The notes: generated by a model not told the origin, from the sequence alone. Shown: positions 19,384-33,500, numbered from the stretch's first letter. The stretch is DNA of 64,000 nt from Dictyostelium discoideum (GCA_000004695.1 CM000150.2:2784001-2848000), one strand, 5' to 3'. Made by a program: numbers and translations.

Positions 19384-20805
19384 TTATATATTGGTATTAT
19401 TATTATTTAAAAAATAACCATTTTCAAAAGGTGAAATTTGAGGAAATAAAAAATTTAAAGTTTTATCAATTCTTTTTAAAATTCTATTATTGAATGTTTC
19501 AAAGTTATCATTTAAACAAGTTGTTTTAGGTTTATATTTTAAAGAGGTTATTAATTTTAAATATTGACGAAATTGTACATTTTTTAATGGTATTAATCTA
19601 TTGAAACCAGGTTTAACTTGAAAAGTACTATACTTTCTTGTGAATTGATTAGCAGTGAATGAAAATTGTAAATCCTTTGGATCTCTAAATCTATGAGATG
19701 AAGTTTCTTCAACCTCTTCTTCTAATTTCTTATAAATTAATTTCAATATCTTTTTATTCAATGGTAATACACCATGATCACTTCTATATCTTTTCGATTT
19801 AAACCAAAGTTTATCCAATACCCTATTAGTATTTATCATACTTGTATAATGAATACTGCCTCTTGTACCATTTTCATAGATTTCAAAATCACTTGATATT
19901 TTATGTTGTCTTTGAAATATATATGGATTAAAATTTTCATCATAAAAATCACTTGGTAAAACTGGATTACTAAAATAAATATCATCATTTAAATATAAAA
20001 AACAATTTGATACTCTTTTTGGTAAATTAAATAAATTAATTTCAATTGAATCTGAATTAAATGTTGGTAAATGTGATCTATAAAATTTAAAATTATTTTT
20101 AATTAACATGTGTGTGTCTGTATATTTTATTTATTTATTTTTTTTTTTTTTTTTTTTAACTTACTTATTTTTATAAAGTTCAGAATGAAATATAAATTCA
20201 ACATTATCATCAATAGTTGATGTATTGAACCATGTAGGTATTTGATCAGCAGTTACTATGAAAATTTTTCTAACCCATGGTGCATTTTTACGAACACTTC
20301 GTAAAGAATACTTTAAAATACCATAGTCTCTATATCTACCTTTTGTAATACTTTCTAATCTATCATTGTAATCAACATATTTTATATATTTTTCAATATT
20401 AACAGGATCTGATCCATTAACCCATGTATAAACAATATCAATATGTTTACAATCTGATTTAAATGGTTTAATTCCTTGTTCTCTTAAAAATATATTTTTA
20501 GTTTTTTTTTTTTTTTTTCCTATTAATGATGATTCTTCTTTTTTAAATAAAGTATTTGATGTTTGTTCTATTTCAACAATTTCTTTTTTTTTTTATTTTT
20601 TTTTATTTTTTTTTTTTTTGGAAATTTTGGTGGGGTTAATATAAGTTACTAGAATGTGGTAAGATATTTTTAGAAAAAAAAAAAAAAAAAATATTGTTTA
20701 GGTACCTTGTAAAAATTCAAAACTTGTCATTGAGATTATTGTTATAAAAACTAAAAATAATACAATAGCAATTGTTTTAAATCTCCATTTTAGTTTATTT
20801 ATCAT
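19384..20805 (-). CDS. Stealth-family protein (GlcNAc-1-phosphotransferase/GNPTAB-like), type II membrane topology. Three exons: 20805..20706, 20582..20165 and 20077..19384.
   Basis: Stealth conserved region CR1 is DIVYTWVNGSD. CR2 is YRDYGILKYSLRSVRKNAPWVRKIFIVTADQIPTWFN followed by ...SHLPTFNSDSIEINLFNLPKRVSNCFLYLNDDIYF. The N-terminal signal anchor is MINKLKWRFKTIAIVLFLVFITIISMTSFEFLQ. The splice sites are CAAG|GTACCT...AG and AA|GTAAGT...TTTTATAG, and the phases are consistent. Confidence 0.75.
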
Positions 20806-20877
20806 TTTAATATTTTCATATAAACTAAAAAAATAAAAATAAAAATAAAAATAAAAATAAAACAAAACAAAATAAAA

Positions 20878-20910
<33 letters not shown>

Positions 20911-21073
20911 AAATAATTAAAAAATTAAAAATAATTAAAAAAATTAAAAAATTAAAAAAAAGGAAAAAGAAAAATCAAATGAAAAACGAAAAGTTGCAAC
21001 GATATTTTTATTTTTGTTTTTGGGTTTGTTGGATTTTTTCATTTTTTTATTTTTTTATTTTTAGGTTCAATTA

Positions 21074-21318
21074 CTAGTCGGTTACAGATTTTCTTACATA
21101 ATTTTCATTATTACCCATATTGTAAAGAAAATCAATATGAGATTTAAAAGCAGCATAAAATGTTGGTTGAATATTATAATGTACATCATACTCATCACAA
21201 ACCTTTTTAATAATTGGTACTAATTCACCATAGTATTCTTGTGAAATTGATGGAAACTATTATCATTATTATTATTATTTTTTAAAAAATAAAATATTAA
21301 AATTAATAAAACTATTTC

Positions 21319-21349
<31 letters not shown>

Positions 21350-22555
21350 AAAACTTACCAAGTGATGAACAACTTGTAAATTTACACCACCCGAAAAAAA
21401 TAAACACATATATGAATTAATACCATAATCTTGAGTAGTTTTAATTTGATGAATTGCCCAATCTTCATCAACATTTGTTGGTTCATCATTTTCATTTACA
21501 CTTGTTGCAACAATTTTTAAATTATCAGCAGAATGACTAACTTGGAAACCAAAGGATAAATAAAGACCAAAAAAGAATTCAGCGATAAAGAAATAAGTTA
21601 ACAAGTTTACTAAACTATGATATTGTAATGGTATGATGAATCTAAAAACAATGAAAACCAATTTACCAATGATAAAAGAGATGATTTCAAAATTTGAAGC
21701 ATTTGCAGTTCTAACCCTTCCAATTGAACCCTCTGTGAAAACACTATAATCACATAATCTATATTTAATCGAATATAGACCATACAAAAATGGGGCGTAT
21801 ATATGCTGATATTTATAAATCCAATATTTATTTTGGTATGGTGTTACAATTCTAAAATCAACTTCACTATCGCCAATATCCGGATCTGCATTTCTAATAT
21901 TTGTATACACATGATGACCAATCACATGCTGATTACACCAATAAAAGAACGAGGCACCAATGAATAGATCGTAAGTGGCGCCTAGCCATTTCCATACTTT
22001 TGGATTATGAGAGATCGCTGAATGGCACGCATCATGCATCATATGTAATGAGAATAGACTATTGGATAATGAATACACAATTGCAAGTAAACAATTTAAA
22101 TAGAAATTTTCAATGAATGCATAATGGCTAACATAATAACTTGTAATTAAAAACCAATAAACAAATATTAATCTTGCTATTATACCAAATGCAAATTTTG
22201 GATCTTTATTTGACTTTTTAAAATGCTCTCTAACTCTTTCTTTTAATGTTGAATAGAATTTACTTTTTTCAACATATTTTGGGAATTCCATTGTTGAAAC
22301 TTGTCCAATTTCATATTGTTTTAACATTTTACTTGGTAAATCTGTCATTGGGTGATAACTTTCAAATAAATTTGTAACATCTCTACCTGCTGCTAATATT
22401 AAAACTTGTTCACCTCCTGGATGATGTTTTATAAATTTTGTAATATCATAAACTAAACCATCAATTGAAATCCAAATTCCATTTTCAATTGTATTATGTT
22501 TTGAAATTTCTTTCCATGAATATAATTTTTTAAATAATTTTTTCTCGTTTTCCAT
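21074..22555 (-). CDS. Front-end (delta-5/delta-6 type) fatty-acid desaturase with an N-terminal cytochrome b5 domain. Two exons: 22555..21369 and 21256..21074.
   Basis: The cytochrome b5 heme motif HPGGEQV is present. The histidine boxes are HDACH, QHVIGHH, and QVVHH|LFP, which is split by a 112-bp intron with a GTAAGT donor and AG acceptor. Resembles the Dictyostelium fadA/fadB delta-5 desaturases. Confidence 0.85.
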
Positions 22556-23028
22556 TTTTTTAATTTTTTTTTTTTTTTATATTAAATAAGATTAAAAATA
22601 ATTAAAATCGTTTTTTTATTATTATTTTTATAAATTATTTAAAATATAACAAACAAAAAAAAAAAAAAAAAAAAATATATCATTAAATAAAAAAAACCAC
22701 ATATAAAAAAAAAAAAAAAAAATTATTAAAAAAAAAAAAAAAAAAAAAGAATGGGTTTGTGATTGGACTAGATTTTGTGTCAATCCTCCAAACGATTTTT
22801 TTTTTTAATTAATTTTTTTTTTCTTTTTTTTTTTTTTTTTTAAAATATCTTTGTGATTGTCATTTTACAAAAAATTAAGAAGAGGTGGATTTTATTCGTT
22901 TTTTTTAAAGTTAGTTCAAAAAAATAATACATATTTTAGTTGCGGGGTAAAAGATTTTAATAACCCAAGAAACTTATTTGATAGATATTTTTTTTTTTTA
23001 TTAAAAAAAAAGTTTTAAAAAAAAAAAA

Positions 23029-23059
<31 letters not shown>

Positions 23060-23319
23060 ATATTGGTGGTTTAGTTTTTAAAAATATATTGTGATGGCAA
23101 AACATTTATTTTTATAAGAATTATTTGTAAATAAATTTTTTAAAAAAATATTGATAATGTTGTAATTACAATATTGTGTAAATTTGATTGGGTTTACAAT
23201 ATATTTTTTTTATTAAATATATATATAAATATATATAAATATATTTATTTTTTTATAAATTATTTATTTTTATTTATTTATTTATTTATTTATTTTATTA
23301 TTTTATTATTTTTTTTTTT

Positions 23320-24805
23320 TTAAAAATTTAATTTACGAATTGACATAAAAGTTGATAAAACTTCATCAGTAATTTTAGCTCTTGCTTCTTTATGACGAAT
23401 GATAATTTTATTCATAAGATCAATTAAAATTTGTTTAATTTCACCAGTCATCATTTTACCAGTTGAATATCTATGAGCGATATCTTTTAATTGTTCATCA
23501 TCTTCCAACATAAAAGTTAAATATTCATAAGTGATATCAACTGAAAGATCAGCACCATTTTTCTCTTGTTCTTCTTTAGTAGCACCACCACCAGAGAAAG
23601 CATGTTTCTTAATTTTATCTTTAACTTGATCTGGTGTATCAGAGAGATAAACTGCGGAATTTGTATCTGAAGCACTCATTTTGGTATTGTGACCTTGAAG
23701 TGCTGGGAAGAATTTACTATGAATAAGTGCTGGTTTTTGATGACCAATTCTATGTGCAATATCACGAGTCATTCTAAAGTATGGATCTTGATCAATTGCA
23801 CATGGAATTAAACAACGAATATTCTTAATCTCTGGATCATTCAATGGGAAAATATGTGGGAATGAATCTGGAAAACATGGTGCTGCTTGAACTGGTGGAA
23901 ATGTAAATTTACCAATTGCATCTGATTCTTTAAATCCAAAAATATTTTGAATCTTTTAAATTAATTAATTGAAATAAAATAAGAAATGAATTCTAAATTA
24001 GAATATACATAACCTAAAAAATTTTATGATTATCATAATAATAGTAATAATAATAATAATAATAATAATACTAATACTAAAAACATACTTGATTTAAATT
24101 AACACATCTTGCAATTTTAAGTACATTTGGATAAAGATGATGAATATATTCTAAATTTGAAAAAATAAAAGTTTTTTGAATATCAAAACCCAATGCAATG
24201 ATATCTTTAACATTGTTATGAGTAAATTTAATTGATTCTTCTAAAGTCATATCTTTCCATAAAAACTTTTCATCATTTGTCATTTGAACTACCAATGGTA
24301 CATTGAATGCATCTTGAAGATATTTTGTAAATGTAAATGGTAATAAATGTCCAAAATGTAAACTACCACTTGATGGTCCTCTACCTGTATATAAAAACCA
24401 TTTTTTACCTGATTCATGATGATCTAAAATTTCTTTTAAATCTCTTTTTTAAAATATAATAAAATTATTAATATATATTGATAATAAATATACATATAAT
24501 ATATGGTTATATCATATATTATAGTTAAATATTTTATTTTTATCATTATTATTGTGCTATTGTTGTTTTTTTATTATTATTGGAAATTACCTATGAGAGA
24601 AAAAGATTCCTCTACGTAAAAAGTGATGTGCTCTTTTACCAGTAACTTTTTCAAAACGAGCAATGAGTTCTTCACTAATAACAGTTGAACCAAATTGATC
24701 AACAAGTTTCATATAATCTACACTACCACCTGGTGCTGCTTCAACTTCCCATGGTGTAATAACTTGTTCTTTTGTTTCGTTTGTTGTTGGTGTTGTTTCA
24801 GTCAT
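23320..24805 (-). CDS. trpS: Cytoplasmic tryptophanyl-tRNA synthetase. Three exons: 24805..24591, 24443..24089 and 23952..23320.
   Basis: Colinear with eukaryotic WARS: ...[13 protein letters not shown], then DLKEIL...[22 protein letters not shown] (the HIGH-type motif), then ...[18 protein letters not shown] and KMSASD. The introns have GTAATT and GTATGT donors and AG acceptors. Confidence 0.9.
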
Positions 24806-25100
24806 TGTTTTTTTTTATTTTTTAATTTTATTTTTAAAACAAAACAAACTCTGAAAATAATAAAAATAAAAATAAAAAAAAAAATGAATTTTTTTTTTTT
24901 TTTTTTTTTTTTGAAAAAAATAAAAATAAAGTAAAGTTTAAAATTAAAATAATTAATAAACTAATTTAATTTATTTGTCTTTAAAGTCTTTTTAATTTAA
25001 TTTAATTTAATTTATTTTATTTTAATTTCTTTTATACTAAAAATATTAAAATTAAATTTCTACTCGATTTCTCTATAATTAGTTTTCTATTAGTTTTCCC

Positions 25101-25131
<31 letters not shown>

Positions 25132-25229
25132 GACGAAAAATTGAAAATTCATTATTTTTTAATTAAAAAAACTAAAATAATTAAAAAAAAAAAAAAAAAA
25201 AAAAGATTATTAAAATAAAAAATATTTAT

Positions 25230-25829
<600 letters not shown>

Positions 25830-26325
25830 AGAAAATATTTGTTGTTTATTCCTGTTATTATTTAATTATTTCGTTATTAATTTTATTTTCCAATCTTTAT
25901 TTTATTTTATTTTTTTTTATTTTTTTTTTTTTTGTTTTCCAATTTTTTTTTTTTTTTTTTTTAACATAATTACCTTTGCATCTAATAGTTATAAAATAAA
26001 AAAAAAAATAAAAAAGTTTCCTTTATTATAATTTTTTAATAGAGTCATTTATTTATTTATCCCAATTAAGTGTCAGACACTTTTTATTGATACAGATATT
26101 AAAAAATGTTTAATTAGATATTTTTAATTTATTTTGAAAATTTTTTTTTTATTTTTTTTTTTTTTTTCAAAAGACACACTTTTTAATTTTTTTTTTATTT
26201 CTTATTTTTCAAAAGACTGACACCTTCATTTTTTGATTTAATTTTTTTTTTCCTTTTTAAAAAAAAACAATGGCCTAAAATGAACTCTTTTTGTTAATTC
26301 AATTCACATTAAAACCAAAAAGGGG

Positions 26326-26416
<91 letters not shown>

Positions 26417-27108
26417 TTTTTTAAAAAAAAAAAAAAAGAAAAATGCATTTCAAAATAATATTAAAAAAAAGACAAATCCAAAACCTAACTGGAGAACCAA
26501 TAAATCAATTTCGCCAATGTAAAAAATTTAAATTCAATACAAATTTTCAAGAAATAGAAAATCAAACAGCAGAATTTAAATTAGATCAATTAAGACAAGA
26601 GATATTTCAACTCCAACAATTACTAAAACAATTGTTATCAAATTGTATAGATTAAATAATTAAGAAACCACTAAAAATATTGGTTTAATTAAAATCATTA
26701 TAAAAAATAAAAAAATAAAAAAATAAAAAATTAAAATAAAATAAAATAAAATAAAATAAAATAAAATAAATAAAATAAAATAAAATAGAATAAAATAGAA
26801 TAAAATAGAATAAAATAAAATTAAATAAAAAAGCTATATTATTATTTAAAATGTTTAAATAATTTTTTTATTTCCATTTATAGCATACTTTTTTTTATTT
26901 TTTATTTTTTATTTTTTTTTTTGACACATTTCCTTCTCACTCGACCTCTCAACACTTTTCGGAACATTATTTATTAAAGTCTTTTTTTCTAATTTTTATT
27001 TAGTTTTAAATATAGTATCAATTCAATGAACATTGTTTTGTCAACATGACTCATAATATTAGTTTTTTATTTTTTAAAAATAAAAAATTCTTTGAAAATT
27101 ATTTTTTT

Positions 27109-27143
<35 letters not shown>

Positions 27144-27288
27144 TAAATTATTAAGAATTTTCAAAAAAAAAAAACAATAAAAAGAAAATTAATTTTCTTT
27201 TTTTTATTAATAACAATTTAAAATTATTAAAATCACTTGTTTATTTGTTTATTTACTTTATTTATTTATTTATTTATTTTAATTATAA

Positions 27289-28227
<939 letters not shown>

Positions 28228-29000
28228 AAAAAAAAAATTAAAATAAAACCAAACCACCATATTGTATAATTAATTTTTCTTTCTATTCGATTTATTATAT
28301 GATAAATTGTAATTCTTTTTTTTTTTTTTTTTTTTTTTAAAATTTATTTTAAAATTATACATTTTTTTTCTTTATTTTTTTTATTTTATAAAATTGAATG
28401 AATGAATTCCAATGTATGATTAATAATTATAAACATATTAACAGTATTAAGGAGAGAATTTTTTCTATTTTTCTTGAAAAATTAAATAAATAATGGTGAG
28501 GATGTAATTAATTGATATTTTGGTTGTCGTAAATTAAGATTTTTTAAAAATATCAAATATTTCTATTTTGATAATAATTTACAGGAGCCATTCTCGGTTG
28601 CATATGGAATAGATTTGATGCTATTTGGTTTTGAAACAGGTGAGGCAGAATATCTTGGAATTATAATACTTGGCATTTTTTTTTCTTTTTTTTAATTGTT
28701 ATTTGTTTTTTTACAGTTTGTTTTTAATGAAATAAAAATTATAAATTTCCTTCATTTTATACTTGATAATATTGTGAATCAAATAACACTGACTATTTTA
28801 AAAACTGACACCGGCACTGACACCTCTTGAAAAACCAAAATTATTTTTTTTTTAAAAACAAAATATCACAATAAACATCTCACTATTTTTTTATAGTCTA
28901 GAACAAAATTTCATCAACTACTTATGTACAAGTCTATTAGCGGCATTTGAATGAGACCTTAGCAAAGTGTATCACCCAATAAAAAAACATGAAACGTTTG

Positions 29001-29079
29001 CAAAGTGTGTCATCCAGTTGGTTTTCAATGACTCCCTGGCATGGTGGTTTATTGTAATAGTCTTCAAAAAAAATGGCGC
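29001..29079. repeat. Copy A of a dispersed ~80-bp repeat. It is followed by AAAAAAAATGGCGC and a 15-nt T-run.
   Basis: About 85% identical to 33501..33587 (...AAAGTGTGTCATCCAGTTGGTTTTCAATGACTCCCTGGCATGGTGGTTTATTGTAATAGTCTTCAAAA...). Confidence 0.5.
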
Positions 29080-29174
29080 TTTTTTTTTTTTTTTGAATTG
29101 GATAACGCAATTATTAGTTACTTCTCCTTGAGATGCTATATCTCATTTTATTAGTAGTTTTTTTACAGGGTTAG

Positions 29175-29205
<31 letters not shown>

Positions 29206-29886
29206 GTTTCGAATTTTGAATTGGATTATTACTTTTGATTAAACATCTTTTTTCTAAATCTTTTTTTATTTTATCGGCTTCGTGATTGATGTTGACGACA
29301 TATTTGAATTGATTTTTTTTTGAGTTTTGTCTACAATTTCGCTTATTTTTTGTAGGCATTTGTATTACTTAATATTTGTGGTGTTTTTTGTAATTTTCAT
29401 CTTATATTTCATCTTGCTCCGAATCGTTACCCGATTCTTCAACATCATCAAAATAAATTTCAAGCTATAGTATTATATTATTGGCATTTTTATTAATAAG
29501 TATATTATTATAAAATAAAATAAATAAAATAAAATAAAATAAAATAAATAAAATAAAAAAAGAAAAATAAAAAAAATAAAATAAAATAAAATATAAAATA
29601 TAAATTAAGAAAAAACATGTTAAAGCCTAGTAATCCAATATTATAATATATTTAATCGAAAAAAAAAAATGTTTGGGAAAAAAAAAAAAGATAATAGATT
29701 TTCAAATAAAATAACTCTCTGATGTTGTTATGGTTTAAATATCTTAAATTATTCACATTTATTAATTAAATCTTAAATAAAAATAAAATAAAAAAATTGA
29801 AAAAAAACATAATACCAATTTATTTAATAGTAATAGTTCAAACATATTGTGATTTTTATTTTATTCTTTCTAAATTTAACAGCAAA

Positions 29887-29917
<31 letters not shown>

Positions 29918-30531
29918 ATTCATTTTTTTTTTTTTTTAAATAACAATTTAGTTTTTTATATGAATTATTTAGATAGATTAATAGTCAAAAATATAAAGAG
30001 TGATATAAAATATAAAAATAATGAATGTAACTGTTGTAGGGAAATTTTAGAAAAAAAGATATTTAAATTAAAATAAAAAAAAGAAAAAAACGAAACTTTT
30101 TTCAATTTTAAAAAAAAAAAAAAAAAAAAAAAATTTGGTGTATACTTAAAATTAAATTGTTATTAAATTCTTAAACAACCAAATAATTGTGAATAATATA
30201 AAATAGTGAATTTTTACACTACACATATAAGCAGTGTATTTTAGTGAAAATTTAGAAAGGGAAATTCCAAAATAATTCCCCACAACAATAAACAATTGAT
30301 AATCAATCAATCATTGGTTCATTAGAACATTCTTCAAATAATTATCCATTTTTATCTTTATTCTCGCTCAATCATTCTTATTCCAATATATTAATTAAAT
30401 CTTAATGTAATTTAAAATAAAAAATAAAAATAAAAAAGATTAATTATAAAGTTTAAGTGATAAAAACAAATTATTTTTTTTTATTTGACTGTAAAGAATT
30501 ACCAAAGAAAAAAAATGAGGAGAGAATTATT

Positions 30532-31989
30532 TCAATGGATTTTAATATTTAATAAAGAAATTATTATTAAAATAATAACTAACAATTGATATGAAACAGA
30601 TTTACCATCAACTGAACCATTTGGATGATCATCATCACCAGTGGTAGAGGTATAAGTGGTTTCACCGGTGGTTGTAATTGAAGAAGAGGTTGAGGTTGTA
30701 ACTGAAGAAGAGGTTGAGGATGTTGTTGTTGTTTTTTTAGAGCAAACTGTTTTAGAACCAATAGATATAAAACAATCTTTACAAATTGGATTTTTTTCAA
30801 AAATCTCACTACCATCATTATTTGATGTAAATGAAATTGATGAGCCTGTGCAATCAATTAATTGATCATCATTTGAATTTCCGGAATATTTAAAAGTATT
30901 GGAATCGTACATTACATTTGAATTCAATGATTTGATGATTGGTTTGTTATTACTATTTGAAAATGTGTTTGAACTGAATGAAATCATAGAGTTATTTGAT
31001 TCTGCCAAAACACCATCAAAGTTATTAAAAGTATTTAACATAATTAAAGTAATATTTACGTTATTTGAAATTTTTAACAAAGAAGCAGGAGTTGAACTTT
31101 TTGGACCTATAATTTGATTAAAAGTTGAAGATTCAATTGATATGTCCTTTGCATCGATAAAATATAACTTTTGGGTTTTAGTGCCAAAAGAAACTTGATT
31201 AAAAGAACAACCAATTAATTTTTTTTTTGAATCTATCTCTTCAACAATAAAAGAATCGTCAAAGGATACTGAATTGAATTTTGTAAATGTAAAAGATGTT
31301 GTGTATTTTTTGCCAAAAAAGGAATATTCTCTAAAAGTAACGTTTTCAAAAATTGAGTTTTCAAAACTAATTGAATTTACTTCTTTTGATTCCCCAAATC
31401 CTGTGAATCCCAAGTTTGTAGAATTTAAAAATTTACATGTATCAAAAATATATTGTGTTTCCATCTTTCCATATGTATCTGAATATAAGATGTGATAGTT
31501 AAGGCTGAAAAAGTTTACAAAGGCAACATTGGATACTTTTAAAAATGTTTTTGAAGAAGGTGGATTTTGACCTTTACTATCAAAATCAATCAAATAATGT
31601 ATGAGATCAGATCCATCAATAATGACATCATTAGAGTTTGAAGTGTATGTTGAAATTGTTATATGTAAACCCAATCCACTTTGTATATAATTTACTTTAC
31701 CAGAATATGTTCCATCAGCTAATTTCAAAACCAATGTAGAATTATAGTTTTCTGGTTTGCTATTATATTCATGGAAATAATTCACAGCGTCCACAATATT
31801 GTTACATGAGTCTTCAAAAGAACTACCACATTCACTTGAATATGAATTGGTTTTGTTAGAATCAACAATTAAATTTAAAATTGTAGGGTTGGCATTTGGA
31901 CTAGAAACTAAATTTGAACTGGATTTAATAGCAGAAACAAATAAAACACAAAGTAATAATATGATAATATTAAATTTTCTTGATAACAT
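30532..31989 (-). CDS. Predicted secreted, probably GPI-anchored, cell-surface protein with a parallel beta-helix-like repeat region.
   Basis: 485-aa ORF. The N-terminal signal peptide is MLSRKFNIIILLLCVLFVSA. Degenerate repeats of about 22 aa carry N/S/T-x-F. A Ser/Thr-rich stalk (TTTSSTSSSVTTSTSSSITTTGETTYTSTTG) is followed by a short C-terminal hydrophobic tail. Confidence 0.55.
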   Translation of the reverse strand: MLSRKFNIIILLLCVLFVSAIKSSSNLVSSPNANPTILNLIVDSNKTNSYSSECGSSFEDSCNNIVDAVNYFHEYNSKPENYNSTLVLKLADGTYSGKVNYIQSGLGLHITISTYTSNSNDVIIDGSDLIHYLIDFDSKGQNPPSSKTFLKVSNVAFVNFFSLNYHILYSDTYGKMETQYIFDTCKFLNSTNLGFTGFGESKEVNSISFENSIFENVTFREYSFFGKKYTTSFTFTKFNSVSFDDSFIVEEIDSKKKLIGCSFNQVSFGTKTQKLYFIDAKDISIESSTFNQIIGPKSSTPASLLKISNNVNITLIMLNTFNNFDGVLAESNNSMISFSSNTFSNSNNKPIIKSLNSNVMYDSNTFKYSGNSNDDQLIDCTGSSISFTSNNDGSEIFEKNPICKDCFISIGSKTVCSKKTTTTSSTSSSVTTSTSSSITTTGETTYTSTTGDDDHPNGSVDGKSVSYQLLVIILIIISLLNIKIH

Positions 31990-32100
31990 TTTTTTTTAAT
32001 TTTTTTTTTTTTTTATAATTAAATAAATGATTTGATGTTTTTTTTTTTTTTTTTTTTTAATTTATACTAAAATTTTCTTGATGTTGAAAAAAAAAGAATT

Positions 32101-32575
32101 CTTATTTTTTTTCTATAATCTTGGAGAATAAAGAATAAAAATCGGATACCCAACCACACTTTGAGATAATAATTTTTAAATTTACCTAAATAAGCCATAA
32201 TTTCCGAAATAAGCCATAATTTAAAATTTTTTCCTTTTTTTTTTCCTCTATTTTTTTTTTTTTTTTTTTTCTTTGAAAGGAAACCACCAAAATTTTGAAT
32301 TTTATTTGAAAATGTTATTTTTTATAAATTGGTAAAGAAAAATGATTTAAAAATTTTTTTGGGTAAATGGAGATAACATTTAGAACACGTTTCAAATTAT
32401 TCAAAAATTTTATTGTTCTTCAAAATCTTTTTCATTTTTTTTTCCTATAATCTTGGAGAATAAAGAACAAAAAAATGGGTATTCAAACACACTTTCAGAT
32501 AATAATTTTTAGATATAATTTAAAAATTTTTTTTTTTTTCTTGCAAAGGAAATCACCCAAAAAAAAAAAAAAAAT
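32101..32575. repeat. Tandem duplication with a period of about 330 bp, diverged, in the intergenic/promoter region upstream of the minus-strand gene at 30532..31989.
   Basis: Unit 1 (32105..32330) and unit 2 (32437..32575) share CTATAATCTTGGAGAATAAAGAA...CACACTTT(G/C)AGATAATAATTTTTA(A/G)AT, then a T-run and CTT(TG/GC)AAAGGAAA(C/T)CACC(A/C)AAAA. Confidence 0.6.
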
Positions 32576-32706
32576 AAAAAATTTAGTCTTTTCAAGGGAA
32601 AAAAAAATTAGAAATTTATTATTAATGTTGCAGGGAAATTTCAATAAAATTTCTTACATTACATAAAAAAATAAAAAATAAAAAAAAAAGAATTCATCTC
32701 AACATC

Positions 32707-32738
<32 letters not shown>

Positions 32739-33162
32739 AAAATCAAAAATCAAAAAAGATATTGCCAGTGATAATATTAGTTCCAATTCAAAAAAAAAAA
32801 AAAAAAAAAAAAAAAAGCTTGTGATAATAATAAACTCACATACAATATTTATTTTTTAATTATTGTTTTTTTTTTTAAAAAAAAATGGCATTTTTAAGTA
32901 AATCAAATGATAATACAAAAGTATCAATGGAGATTAGAAAAATCAATCAAAGATGATAAAAGGACATTTTTAGGGTATTACACAAGTACTTTGAGCAGGT
33001 GAGTCTGTAAATCAACAATTTTCAAACAATTAAAAATTTTACAAGAAAATGGTCTTTGGACAACAAAAGAGTTACAAGAATTTAGTAATACAATTTCTTT
33101 CTTTTTTTTATTTTACTTTAAAAAGTTAAAAATCTGGAAATTTTCTGATTAACTTGGGTTCC

Positions 33163-33201
<39 letters not shown>

Positions 33202-33500
33202 TTTTTTTTATTTTATTTTTATTTTTTTTTATAATTTATAGAGAGTACTGAGTGAATTATTGTATTTTTTGAGATGTTTGGGAAGTGTTATTGCGTGAAG
33301 TGGTGAGTTCCATTGTCTGAATTGTAATAGTTTTAGCGAGATTAATGAATCTACGCAAAATTTTCAAAACGAAACAAAAAATAAATTACAATAAAGTAAA
33401 AAGATGGCTTTTAAAATAGTTTATTTATTTATTTTTTTGTTTTGTATGTCTTTTTATATGAAAAATGAAATAATCAAAAAAAGCAATTGTTTTTTTCCAA

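Noticed and set aside
20107-20109. Methionine at 20109 as the start of the Stealth C-terminal ORF.
   Set aside because: It lies inside the 87-bp intron. Using it would delete the conserved SHLPTFNS junction with exon 2.
20698-20880. First methionine MFYFVLFYFYF... of the 60-aa ORF as the Stealth gene start.
   Set aside because: The upstream 25 codons are F/Y runs from A/T-rich spacer. The internal methionine (MINKLKWRFK...) gives a canonical short cytoplasmic tail plus signal anchor, so I placed the start at 20805.
26443-26655. 70-aa plus-strand ORF upstream of the polyubiquitin gene.
   Set aside because: No homolog recognised, A/T-run flanks, likely promoter or spacer sequence. Not supported as coding.
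28570-28680. Minus-strand ORF MPSIIIPRYSASPVSKPNSIKSIPYATENGS... followed by a GTAAAT donor.
   Set aside because: No in-frame acceptor or downstream exon could be found within the 340 bp before the polyubiquitin 3' end. It may be part of the GC-richer degraded element near the tRNA-like repeats.
32881-33060. Short ORFs and a perfect GTGAGT donor-like site (…TTTGAGCAG|GTGAGT) in the 32.9-33.1 kb spacer.
   Set aside because: I could not assemble a consistent multi-exon reading frame, so it is left unannotated.
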